Source of the DNA: an uncultured Candidatus Saccharibacteria bacterium
GTDB lineage: Bacteria; Patescibacteriota; Saccharimonadia; Saccharimonadales; JACDBH01
Direction: 5' to 3'
DNA: 64,000 nucleotides
NCBI GenBank assembly: GCA_964642275.1
Contig: CAZXOA010000005.1
Span: forward strand, 2,410-66,409
The position numbers were made by a program, and so were the translations under genes. The notes under the pieces were generated by a model. It was not told the origin of the DNA and searched no databases. It worked only from the letters and a program-made list of their open reading frames with translations. This document shows, in pieces, positions 38,917 through 47,084 of this stretch (positions within the stretch are counted from its first letter, which is position 1; the number at the start of each line of letters is the position of its first letter).

Positions 38917-39530
38917 GAGGTAATTCTTCTTATTTTACATTATATCACACCTTGTCAAGTGTGTCAACCCCCGCAATGAGCCAAAGTCAATAATAACTCT
39001 GTTAAAATGGCATTTCTTTGTATAAGGAACCAAATCGCAGATGTTCTTCCGGTGAAGAACCAAACCCCTTCTTTTCTGTGTCGACAGAAAAGAAGGCAAA
39101 AGAACTCGCCCGCACCCCTGCCATGACTTGTCTGTTGTCAGAAGGCACAATACGCAAGGCGGACTCCCTTCGGTCGGGGTATGAAGTTTCATATTTGAGT
39201 TCATACCCTAGCGCCTTGCTCTCTATTGTGCTTTTGACTAACGTCCAAATCCTATGGCAGGAGTGCATGGGCATAGAAAACAGAAGCCGCCCTATGGCGG
39301 CGTTATTGGTAGCACCACTGGCAAGCCAGCGGTTTCTGCTTTTGTCCCGGCTTTCTAAAAACCGATGAAACAGGGCTGAAAAATAGCCGAGTCAAGCCGA
39401 AGCCTGCCCCGCTGTTCCGAAATAGAAGCGGGGATGCTTGTCATTCTTCGGCGCGGCTATTTTTCAGGTCTGGTTCAATCGTGTTTTTAGAACTGCCGAG
39501 TCGTTTTTTGGGTTCCCGTTTTTGTCGATA

Positions 39531-39553
39531 CAAAAATGGAACGATTCGGTTCC
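39531..39553 (-). terminator. Possible rho-independent terminator for the minus-strand gene 39600..40724
   Basis: On the minus strand this reads GGAAC-CGAATC-GTTCC followed by ATTTTTG. It overlaps an alternative 8-bp hairpin at 39549-39566. Confidence 0.35.
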
Positions 39554-39599
39554 TTATCTAAGGAACATTAATGATTTGTTTCTTTACAAAAGAAAACCC

Positions 39600-40724
39600 C
39601 TAATTGATAACAATATAATTGAACCGGCAGGTGGCGCCAGCAGGCGGATTGGTTGCAGTGGCGATAGAGAATTGAGTGGCGCTGACGTTGGTAATGTAAT
39701 AGCCGATGTTTGCGCAGCCGGGGCCGTTTGGTGTAATGATTGGGTGCGGGTTGTTGCTATTGAATGCGCCGGTAAAGAAAACAGTTGCCAGCACACCGGT
39801 ACCTGTGCCCCCGCCCGTGTTAATGGTAACGGTAGCGGCTGTATCCGTGCCGTTGACGCTAGCCGTTGCTCCGCTGCCGGCCGCTCCGCCTGTATTAACA
39901 CTGGGGTTGTTGCCGGAGATATTGATGCGGGTAATAGAAATCTGGTCAAAGTTGATGCCTTGGGCCGAAATAACACCGTTCACATTGAGATTGCCGCCGA
40001 TGGTGGCTTGCCCGCCGATATCCAGCCGCCCGCCGGCGTTGATACTGCCGGCCACTGTTAAGTTCTCGCCCATGCTTACCGTGCCAACAACATCCAATAT
40101 GCCCCCAATGGCCGTATTTCCAGCAGCTTGCAGGTCGTTTGTCGATAGCGACCCAAACGTACCAGACCCGGCAGCCTGGATACTGGGAATACTGAGTGCC
40201 CCGCCAATACGCAGCGCACCGGCCACATCAAGCGTGTCGCGCATAACAACCTTGCCGCTGATAACGGCGTTGGATTCGATAGTCAGGATTTGCTGCGGAT
40301 CGCCCACAATAGCGTCGGATGTTTTGAGCTGCTCCAGAGTCTCTTCAGTGATACGGGTGGTTTCTAGGCGGATTTCCGTCTCGCGTTTATTCATAAAATA
40401 CAGGACCACATAGGCAGCAACAGCTATCACCACTACCAGTATGAATAAGAGCAGATAGATATTAACTTTGCCAAGCAGCGCTTTAAAGCCTTTCGGCTTT
40501 GGTTTGGGTGCGGCGGCCGGATCTTTGTCTTGGTTTGATTCGTCAGCCATCGAATCGACGGCGGATTTTTTGGGGCCGGACTCAAGCGTGCCGTCGGCTT
40601 GCGACAGCTGTCCCATCAGCTCCTCGGGTGACTTGTCGGACTTTTGATTATCGGCAGAATCTGCCGGAGCACTGTTCTCAGGTGTGCCGACTGCCTGCTG
40701 CGGTGCTTTGTCTTTTTCTTCCAT
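39600..40724 (-). CDS. Membrane-anchored protein with a disordered N-terminus and a Gly-rich repetitive (beta-helix-like) ectodomain
   Basis: 374 aa. TM helix IYLLLFILVVVIAVAAYVVLYF. Repeats of the type VAGALRIGGALSI / AIGGILDVVGTVSMGENLTVAGSINAGGRLDIGGQATIGGNLNVNG. Confidence 0.7.
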   Translation of the reverse strand: MEEKDKAPQQAVGTPENSAPADSADNQKSDKSPEELMGQLSQADGTLESGPKKSAVDSMADESNQDKDPAAAPKPKPKGFKALLGKVNIYLLLFILVVVIAVAAYVVLYFMNKRETEIRLETTRITEETLEQLKTSDAIVGDPQQILTIESNAVISGKVVMRDTLDVAGALRIGGALSIPSIQAAGSGTFGSLSTNDLQAAGNTAIGGILDVVGTVSMGENLTVAGSINAGGRLDIGGQATIGGNLNVNGVISAQGINFDQISITRINISGNNPSVNTGGAAGSGATASVNGTDTAATVTINTGGGTGTGVLATVFFTGAFNSNNPHPIITPNGPGCANIGYYITNVSATQFSIATATNPPAGATCRFNYIVIN

Positions 40725-40806
40725 AATACTTTCCTACACTATACTACATAGTCGGCATTTACATAAGCAGGTTGAGTGCGGGGGCAAATCATGACAAAAT
40801 ACAGGC

Positions 40807-41541
40807 ATGTATTCTCGCATGATACGAGCGGGTGTGGTGGTAGCGGTAGCGGTTTTGGCGTTGCCGGCGGTGGCATTGGCGCAGCATACGTCCCCCAACT
40901 TTGAAATAGACGAGATCTTCATTGGCAGCGGCGGCGAGCTCGAGGCCTGCTCGGCTGGCTATTGCTCGCAGCAGTCTGCCGGCGGCACCGGCGGTCAGGC
41001 TTCCGGGAACAACTACGGCATTATGGCTGGGTTTGGCGCGCCAGACGAACCAACGCTGTCAGTCGCAATTACCGGTAGTACATTGATTGATTTAGGTGTC
41101 TTGAATGTGTCGGGTACGGCGGCAGCAAGTACCGGTTTTACGGTAGCGAGTTATTTATCAGATGGGTATGTAGTCAGGGTGCTTGGCACTCCGCCGCGCA
41201 ATGTATCGGGTACTACGCACACCCTGACGGCGCTCAACGCGCCGAACGAATCAACACCGGGTACTGAGCAGTTTGGTATCAATCTTGTTGCCAATAGTAA
41301 TCCGGGCATCGGTGCCAGTCCGGTGCAGCAGCCAGACAGTTCGTTTTCGTACGGTATTCCATCTATCGGATACGATCAGGCAGACTACTTCAAGTATGTC
41401 GACGGCGATATTATTGCCGAGAGCACCGAAGAATCCGGTCAGACAGATTACACCATGTCTATTATTGCTAATATTGCCACCAGCACCCGTGGCGGCCGCT
41501 ACCAAACCGTCCTTGTCATTCAGGCTATCGCCACGTTTTAA
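40807..41541 (+). CDS. Secreted surface-protein paralog 1 (244 aa)
   Basis: Signal peptide ...ALPAVALA-QH. It shares the EQFGINL motif and a C-terminal GRYQTVLVIQAIATF with the next two genes. Confidence 0.7.
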   Translation: MYSRMIRAGVVVAVAVLALPAVALAQHTSPNFEIDEIFIGSGGELEACSAGYCSQQSAGGTGGQASGNNYGIMAGFGAPDEPTLSVAITGSTLIDLGVLNVSGTAAASTGFTVASYLSDGYVVRVLGTPPRNVSGTTHTLTALNAPNESTPGTEQFGINLVANSNPGIGASPVQQPDSSFSYGIPSIGYDQADYFKYVDGDIIAESTEESGQTDYTMSIIANIATSTRGGRYQTVLVIQAIATF

Positions 41542-41687
41542 GCGCAAGCAATTTACTACTCGACATCTCCTGCTTCGTGCTTGTGGATAACCGGAGTAGA
41601 ATCTTCTTGCGCAAGGATAAGGGGTTTGATAGTATTCTCACTAGGTAACACCTAAAATAAACAATAAAACAAAGGAGAAAATGCAAT

Positions 41688-42902
41688 ATGAGTAATACTC
41701 ATGCAATTTCGCTGAAGAGATCGACGGCACTGCTTGCAGCACTGACATTTATGACACTGCTGACAGTGGTGAATTTTGCGGCCTTCTTCGGCACGGCGGG
41801 GGCTGCGCAGCTGACAAGCCGCCAGCTGACGCTTAGCAGCTCACTGCCTGGCAACCAAGTAGGTGACAGCGTGGCGGGTAGTGCAACAAACGGATCAGAT
41901 GCAGAACATGTATTTGCATTTAACATCGTAACTGCTGGCGCGACAGCTATGAGATTCGATTACTGTACGACGCCAATCGGCGGCTGTACTATGCCTACAG
42001 GGCTGGATCTTACCAGTGTAGACGTGGGTACTGTGTCTGGTGTTGGATCCTTGGGCACTCCGGTCGTTGGTAATGCGGCCCCAGGTACCGGCAACAGGGT
42101 TACACTGACCGGCGGTACATTAAGCGTAGGTGCAGCAGTAGTGACACTGGATACCATCGTGAACCCAACTGATCTGGGTACATTCTTTGTTCGTATGAGT
42201 ACAAGTAGTGATTCATTTGCCACGGTTACCGATGAAGGTACTGTAGCAAGTGCTATCACTGAAGGAATTACCATTACCACTCGTGTTGTTGAAACGCTTG
42301 GCTTCTCAACAACGGCTACTGGCATTGGTACTCTGCCTGCTGGTAGTGCAAGCAACTGTCCAGCATTGTCGGGCAGTGGTGCGATTAACCTCGGTCTCTC
42401 ACCAGATTTCACGCTTGACATTAACAATACGTACGGTGCCTATTCCGCTTTCCGTATTTACACTAACGCGGCCAATGGTGCGGCTGTGACCTACGAGGGC
42501 GACACTCTACGTAGGGGTTCTAATCCGCTGACAGATCCAGACATTAACGAAATTGGCGGTACTGCAACAGCTCCTGCAACTAGTACTGAACAATTCGGTC
42601 TGGCAGTACATCTTACTGATGCTGATACAGAGGTTGATAGTAGTGCAAATACCACGCATGGTGGCACTGGGCAGCTTGCTATCGGTGCACAGTATCAGGG
42701 TGGTGCGCTCACAGGCGCAGTCCCAAGCGGAACATATGCATTCGTTGCTAACACCCCAACAGAGATTGCATCATCTGCAAGTACTGGCGGGTATGTAGAT
42801 TGTGATACTTACGCAGTGCAATACATGGCTAACGTGTCACCAGTCACACCATCTGGTACCTACACAACAACCATCGTGTACGTAGCAGTACCACAATACT
42901 AA
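41688..42902 (+). CDS. Secreted surface-protein paralog 2 (404 aa)
   Basis: GGAGAA RBS and a signal peptide. Motifs RQLTLSSSLPG, IVNPTDLGTFFVRM, EQFGLAVHL and C-terminal GTYTTTIVYVAVPQY. Confidence 0.75.
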   Translation: MSNTHAISLKRSTALLAALTFMTLLTVVNFAAFFGTAGAAQLTSRQLTLSSSLPGNQVGDSVAGSATNGSDAEHVFAFNIVTAGATAMRFDYCTTPIGGCTMPTGLDLTSVDVGTVSGVGSLGTPVVGNAAPGTGNRVTLTGGTLSVGAAVVTLDTIVNPTDLGTFFVRMSTSSDSFATVTDEGTVASAITEGITITTRVVETLGFSTTATGIGTLPAGSASNCPALSGSGAINLGLSPDFTLDINNTYGAYSAFRIYTNAANGAAVTYEGDTLRRGSNPLTDPDINEIGGTATAPATSTEQFGLAVHLTDADTEVDSSANTTHGGTGQLAIGAQYQGGALTGAVPSGTYAFVANTPTEIASSASTGGYVDCDTYAVQYMANVSPVTPSGTYTTTIVYVAVPQY

Positions 42903-43028
42903 GCACATAGCTGCAGTGAATATCAGGACATAGCTCCTAGAAATTACAGAACATAGATTCTTGCATAGAACCGATCCCATGGCCACAGTGCCTTCAAGGG
43001 GTCGGTTTTTATATTGGTTTGAGGTAGA

Positions 43029-44099
43029 ATGGAAAGCATGAGTACAATGCGTAAGCATCGTGTGATATTCTTTGTTGCACTTATTATATTAGTGGCTAGT
43101 TATATTGGAGTATTGGTGGCACAAGCACATGCGCAAGCTTTTGATTACCCAAAACTTCTTAATCGCAGCCTTACTCTCGGGTCAACTATTCCTGGTGAGA
43201 CCACGGATTATACATTTAGTTGGCGGTATCCAAGCAATACCAATGTACGGTCAATACGTATGCTTCTGTGCGCGGATGGCTTTGTGCAGGAACCTTGCAG
43301 CGGTACGCCTGCGGGTGATTTCTCTGCCGCCATGCTCTCATCTCAGTCAGGGGCGGTAACAGGGTTCAATATTGTATCGCAAACCACAGACGAAATACTT
43401 CTGACTCGCTTAACAAGCGCAGCCGGTACGGGTCAGTCTACTTATATACTTGATAACGTTGTAAATCCGACAGGACTGCATAGCAAGTTCTTTGTGCAGA
43501 TTTTTACCTATCCGACACCAGATGCAACTGGTCAGCCAAATCATATATCAAGCGTTGCTAGTGCTACGGCTGAGCCGATTCTTATTAATACCGTAGTGCC
43601 GCCTATCCTATACTTCTGTGCTGCTTTGTCAATTGATGAGTGGTGCGAGAACGTGAATGGTAATTTCATTGATTACGGAGACTTTGCGCCTTACGTAACA
43701 GTTTATGCAACCTCACAATTTGGGGTAGCAACCAACGCACTTGGCGGCTATGTTGTAACAATCAACGGCGATACCATGACCTCTGGTAATAAGCTTATTA
43801 CACCTCTTGACACCCATGCCCCAAACAGCCCGGGTGTTGGCCAGTTTGGCCTGAACCTGCGGGCAAATACTGATCCTCCTGCGGGTGCCGACGCCTTTGG
43901 TGCCGGTATTGGTACGGTGCATCCGGATTATGATATCCCAGATCAATACCTCTACCATGATGGCGACGTAGTGGCAAGTGCTGTGACGGGCAGCACGTTT
44001 AATACTTACACAGTGACTTACATAGTAAACATTGATCCGGATCAGCCGTCTGGCGTGTATAACACAACGATTGCCTATGTCTGTACGGCTGCTTTTTAG
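43029..44099 (+). CDS. Secreted surface-protein paralog 3 (356 aa)
   Basis: Signal peptide/anchor. Motifs RSLTLGSTIPG, VVNPTGLHSKFFVQI, GQFGLNLRAN and C-terminal GVYNTTIAYVCTAAF. Clearly related to paralog 2. Confidence 0.75.
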   Translation: MESMSTMRKHRVIFFVALIILVASYIGVLVAQAHAQAFDYPKLLNRSLTLGSTIPGETTDYTFSWRYPSNTNVRSIRMLLCADGFVQEPCSGTPAGDFSAAMLSSQSGAVTGFNIVSQTTDEILLTRLTSAAGTGQSTYILDNVVNPTGLHSKFFVQIFTYPTPDATGQPNHISSVASATAEPILINTVVPPILYFCAALSIDEWCENVNGNFIDYGDFAPYVTVYATSQFGVATNALGGYVVTINGDTMTSGNKLITPLDTHAPNSPGVGQFGLNLRANTDPPAGADAFGAGIGTVHPDYDIPDQYLYHDGDVVASAVTGSTFNTYTVTYIVNIDPDQPSGVYNTTIAYVCTAAF

Positions 44100-44215
44100 A
44101 ATGCAGTGTCTTTTGGCTGTAAATTCTACATATATGTTCTAGTAGGCAGAGCAAAGGCGGTTATGGTAGACTAAGCGTAATCGTTAAAATTGTTGTATTC
44201 AAAAGAGGGGAGAGT

Positions 44216-45253
44216 ATGAAGAAATTTGTAAGGGTATTTGCGGTGCTTGCAGTGCTTGGCGGGTTTGTGTTTGCGCAGCTTGCTCAGGTCAGTGGGCAAT
44301 CGAATGCACTGGCCATCCAGCCGCGCAAAGATTACAACTTGCGCCCAGGTGAATCAGTAGAAGATACACTCACGGTGACTAATCGTAATATGGATGAGCC
44401 ATTGAATCTTGATCTCAAGGTTGTTGATTTTCAGGCTCAGGACGAAACCGGTACGCCACTTTTGATGCGTCAATCTACCGAGCGAACAGCTTGGTCGCTC
44501 AAAAACTTCATTGATATGCCGCAACAAGTAACTATCAATCCGGGCGAAACGGTGCGCATACCCATTACCATCAGTATACCGAACGACATCGGGGCGGGTA
44601 GCTATTATAGTGCAATTGAGTATGCTGCCACAGGTGGTAGCGGCGAGGGGCGAGTGAATATTGCAGCATCAGGTGTCAGCTTGATTTTTGTGAAGGTTCC
44701 CGGCCAGGCCAAACAGCAGCTAACCTTCCTGCAATTCGGTACTTTTGTGCCTGAGGCTTCAGGCGGTGCATTCAAAGGCATTTTCTTTAGTGAGAAGCCA
44801 AAAATGCTGGCATATAGGTTAAGGAACGATGGAAACATCGCCGAACAACCGAATGCCAGCATCGTAGTCAAGAATTCTGGTGGAAAAGTACTTTACACAA
44901 TTACTGATGCCAATCCTAGAGATCAGCTGGCGCTTCGAGGTCAAACACGAAGATTTGATGCATGTATAAATCCAGAAGACACTATTCAGACTACTGCAAC
45001 GGGTAATGACATTAATACGATTGTTTGTGGCGACACCAGTTTCGGCCCGGGCCGCTATACTGCAGAGCTGACTATTCTGTATGGTGAAAATGGCAACGAG
45101 ACCCGTGAGATCACTGCCAAAGCAACATTCTGGGTGCTGCCATGGTGGTTTATCGGCCTGATTGTCGTCGGCTTGGCAATACTTGTTGGAGTGATTCTGT
45201 ATATCAAGCGTCGTGTCAGCGAAGTTCGCAGCCGCAAGACTCGCCGCCGCTAG
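44216..45253 (+). CDS. Surface protein with a C-terminal membrane anchor, DUF916/DUF3324 (WxL-interacting)-like by pattern
   Basis: 345 aa. It has a signal peptide and two Ig-like-looking halves (..IQPRKDYNLRPGESVEDTLTVTNRN..; ..LAYRLRNDGNIAEQPNASIVVKN..). The C-terminal TM helix WWFIGLIVVGLAILVGVILYI is followed by KRRVSEVRSRKTRRR. Confidence 0.75.
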   Translation: MKKFVRVFAVLAVLGGFVFAQLAQVSGQSNALAIQPRKDYNLRPGESVEDTLTVTNRNMDEPLNLDLKVVDFQAQDETGTPLLMRQSTERTAWSLKNFIDMPQQVTINPGETVRIPITISIPNDIGAGSYYSAIEYAATGGSGEGRVNIAASGVSLIFVKVPGQAKQQLTFLQFGTFVPEASGGAFKGIFFSEKPKMLAYRLRNDGNIAEQPNASIVVKNSGGKVLYTITDANPRDQLALRGQTRRFDACINPEDTIQTTATGNDINTIVCGDTSFGPGRYTAELTILYGENGNETREITAKATFWVLPWWFIGLIVVGLAILVGVILYIKRRVSEVRSRKTRRR

Positions 45254-45429
45254 CCGCTTGGTTACCTTTGGCTTGGCTGCTTGCGATTCGCAATCACTGT
45301 ACCTCACTCAGCATAGCTCCTTTACGAGTCGTGCAGCCGCACCAAAACCAGCTCAAGCCTGAATTGTTTCGCTGCCGGTGGTTTGAACTGGAAAAGCACA
45401 AGCAATCAAGGTACTATGTAGGCAAAGAG

Positions 45430-46329
45430 ATGAAGAAGCTACGAGCATTTAGTATCGCCCTTGTCCTGGCAGTCGCAGTACTACCAGGCTTTGTATCTGC
45501 GCAGCCGTCACGTCCTACTCAGAACCCCGGCAATGACGGTATCGGCATGGAGGGTCGTATTATACAGCCGCCGCCTACCGATGCGCCGACAATCTCTCTA
45601 CCAAGCAATGGGCAGGTTTTTGAAGAAATCCCCATCACTGTGACTGGTCTGTGTACTGACGGACTGCTTGTGCGTATTTTCAAAAACAATGTCTTTGGTG
45701 GTTCTGACATCTGTGACGGTGGCAGCTATAGCATACAAATCGATCTGTTTCCTGGGCCAAACGAGCTGGTGGCACGCCAATACGATGATCTGGATCAAGC
45801 TAGTCCAGAGTCGAACCGCGTTACTGTGACTTATGCTATCGAGGTACCGTTCGTGCCGGGGTCTCCTGACGGCGTGGCGCAGCGCATCACCCTGACAACC
45901 AACTTTGCCCGCCGGGGTATTGATCCCGGGCAAGAGCTGTCTTGGCCGTTTACCATTAGCGGCGGCCGTGGGCCATATGCGGTCAGTATTGACTGGGGTG
46001 ACGGCAAAAATGAACTGCTTACGAGAGATACAGCCGGAACATGGGATGCAAAGCATATCTATGATCGCCCGGGTGTGTACCGGGTGCTTGTGAAGGCTAC
46101 CGATGCCGATGGCCAGTCGGCATTTATTCAGGTTGTGGCGATAGTCAACGGCGTATCTACGGCTGCTGCTGATAGCGGCGGCCCGGTAGTGACCCGTACG
46201 CGGGTGCTCTGGCAGCCGGCGCTTATTATCTTCCCGCTGCTGCTTTCATCATTCTGGCTCGGCAAAAAATATCAGCTCAAGCGCGTGCGCTACCGCATGA
46301 AGCACCGCATCATCCCCATCGACAAATAA
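45430..46329 (+). CDS. Secreted PKD-domain protein with a C-terminal membrane anchor
   Basis: The ATG at 45430 (MKKLRAFSIALVLAVAVLPGFVSA) is preferred over the ORF-track start at 45142. PKD-like segment ISGGRGPYAVSIDWGDGK...HIYDRPGVYRVLVKATDADG. C-terminal TM helix plus a basic tail. Confidence 0.75.
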   Translation: MKKLRAFSIALVLAVAVLPGFVSAQPSRPTQNPGNDGIGMEGRIIQPPPTDAPTISLPSNGQVFEEIPITVTGLCTDGLLVRIFKNNVFGGSDICDGGSYSIQIDLFPGPNELVARQYDDLDQASPESNRVTVTYAIEVPFVPGSPDGVAQRITLTTNFARRGIDPGQELSWPFTISGGRGPYAVSIDWGDGKNELLTRDTAGTWDAKHIYDRPGVYRVLVKATDADGQSAFIQVVAIVNGVSTAAADSGGPVVTRTRVLWQPALIIFPLLLSSFWLGKKYQLKRVRYRMKHRIIPIDK

Positions 46330-46334
46330 CCCAC

Positions 46335-47055
46335 ATGAGGGTCGGACCCTCATATTCACAAAAATATTGTATAGTATGCAGATCTCTCAGAGATCGTTCG
46401 CAAGGCTGTATTTAAGTTCGTCGAGTATCTTCTTCTGGTCTTCGTAGTCAGAAATAAAATCCCTATAAATCCGCTTGTCATTATTAAAAAGACCAAGAAT
46501 ATGCGCAGTTTTTATCCATGCAGGTGTTGCGTCAGACATATAAAAGTGCAAGCTAGAATATGGCCATTCTTCGTAGTCCGATGGGTTGAGATGAATGTAC
46601 CGGCTGATGTGGTGCAGATAAGCATCCTTATAGATAGGGCTGGCCTTAAATTTACCTTGGAAGAGTGGCCCGATACGTTCGTACTTTTCGTTGAAGTACA
46701 TGCTGTATGACGTCGCCACTGCCCGCATTAAGTTGGTGACGCCGCCATTCTGCTTCTGGAATAGCAATAGATGGAAATGATTCGGCATAAGACAGTAGGC
46801 ATGTAGCTCAACATCGTTGATGAAGGTAGGGTAGGGCGACCCGACCTTGCGCGGTTCGCGATCAGCAGATAGGTATCTTTTTATCAATCTGATAAAAACT
46901 TTATAGTCACTGTCTTCAAGAAATATCTCTTGTTTGTTCTGTCCGCGGTTATATACATGATAGAAAGTATCATCTATATACACCTTCACAGTATTTTTTG
47001 CCGGCATAAAACATACTATATCACATAAATACAAAAATGAGGGTCCGACCCTCAT
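46335..47055 (-). mobile_element. Minimal IS200/RAYT-like unit: a Y1 transposase gene bracketed by perfect 19-nt palindromes
   Basis: ATGAGGGTCGGACCCTCAT (46335-46353) and its exact reverse complement ATGAGGGTCCGACCCTCAT (47037-47055) flank the gene. Each is itself a hairpin (ATGAGGG/CCCTCAT). Confidence 0.6.
46387..47007 (-). CDS. HUH/Y1 transposase, IS200-like / REP-associated tyrosine transposase (RAYT)-like
   Basis: YHVYNRGQNKQEIF, HUH motif AYCLMPNHFHLLL, and the catalytic Tyr region HISRYIHLNP. The start at Met-17 of the ORF-track product (47007) avoids the flanking hairpin. Confidence 0.8.
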   Translation of the reverse strand: MPAKNTVKVYIDDTFYHVYNRGQNKQEIFLEDSDYKVFIRLIKRYLSADREPRKVGSPYPTFINDVELHAYCLMPNHFHLLLFQKQNGGVTNLMRAVATSYSMYFNEKYERIGPLFQGKFKASPIYKDAYLHHISRYIHLNPSDYEEWPYSSLHFYMSDATPAWIKTAHILGLFNNDKRIYRDFISDYEDQKKILDELKYSLANDL

Positions 47056-47084
47056 GATCCTGGGGTGATGTTATAATATGTTGC

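Noticed and set aside
38917-39599. RNase P RNA, SRP RNA or 6S RNA identity for the structured convergent spacer
   Set aside because: There is no GGAAAGTCCGG / ACAGAA.CCGGCTTA P4 pair on either strand (only a weak CCCGGCTTT at ~39348). No SRP GGAA-tetraloop/AGCAGCC motif is present. 6S cannot be judged from sequence alone.
39438-40413. Plus-strand ORFs of 207 aa and 235 aa
   Set aside because: They are antisense to the 374-aa Gly-rich surface protein gene. Repetitive GC-rich coding sequence generates long antisense frames.
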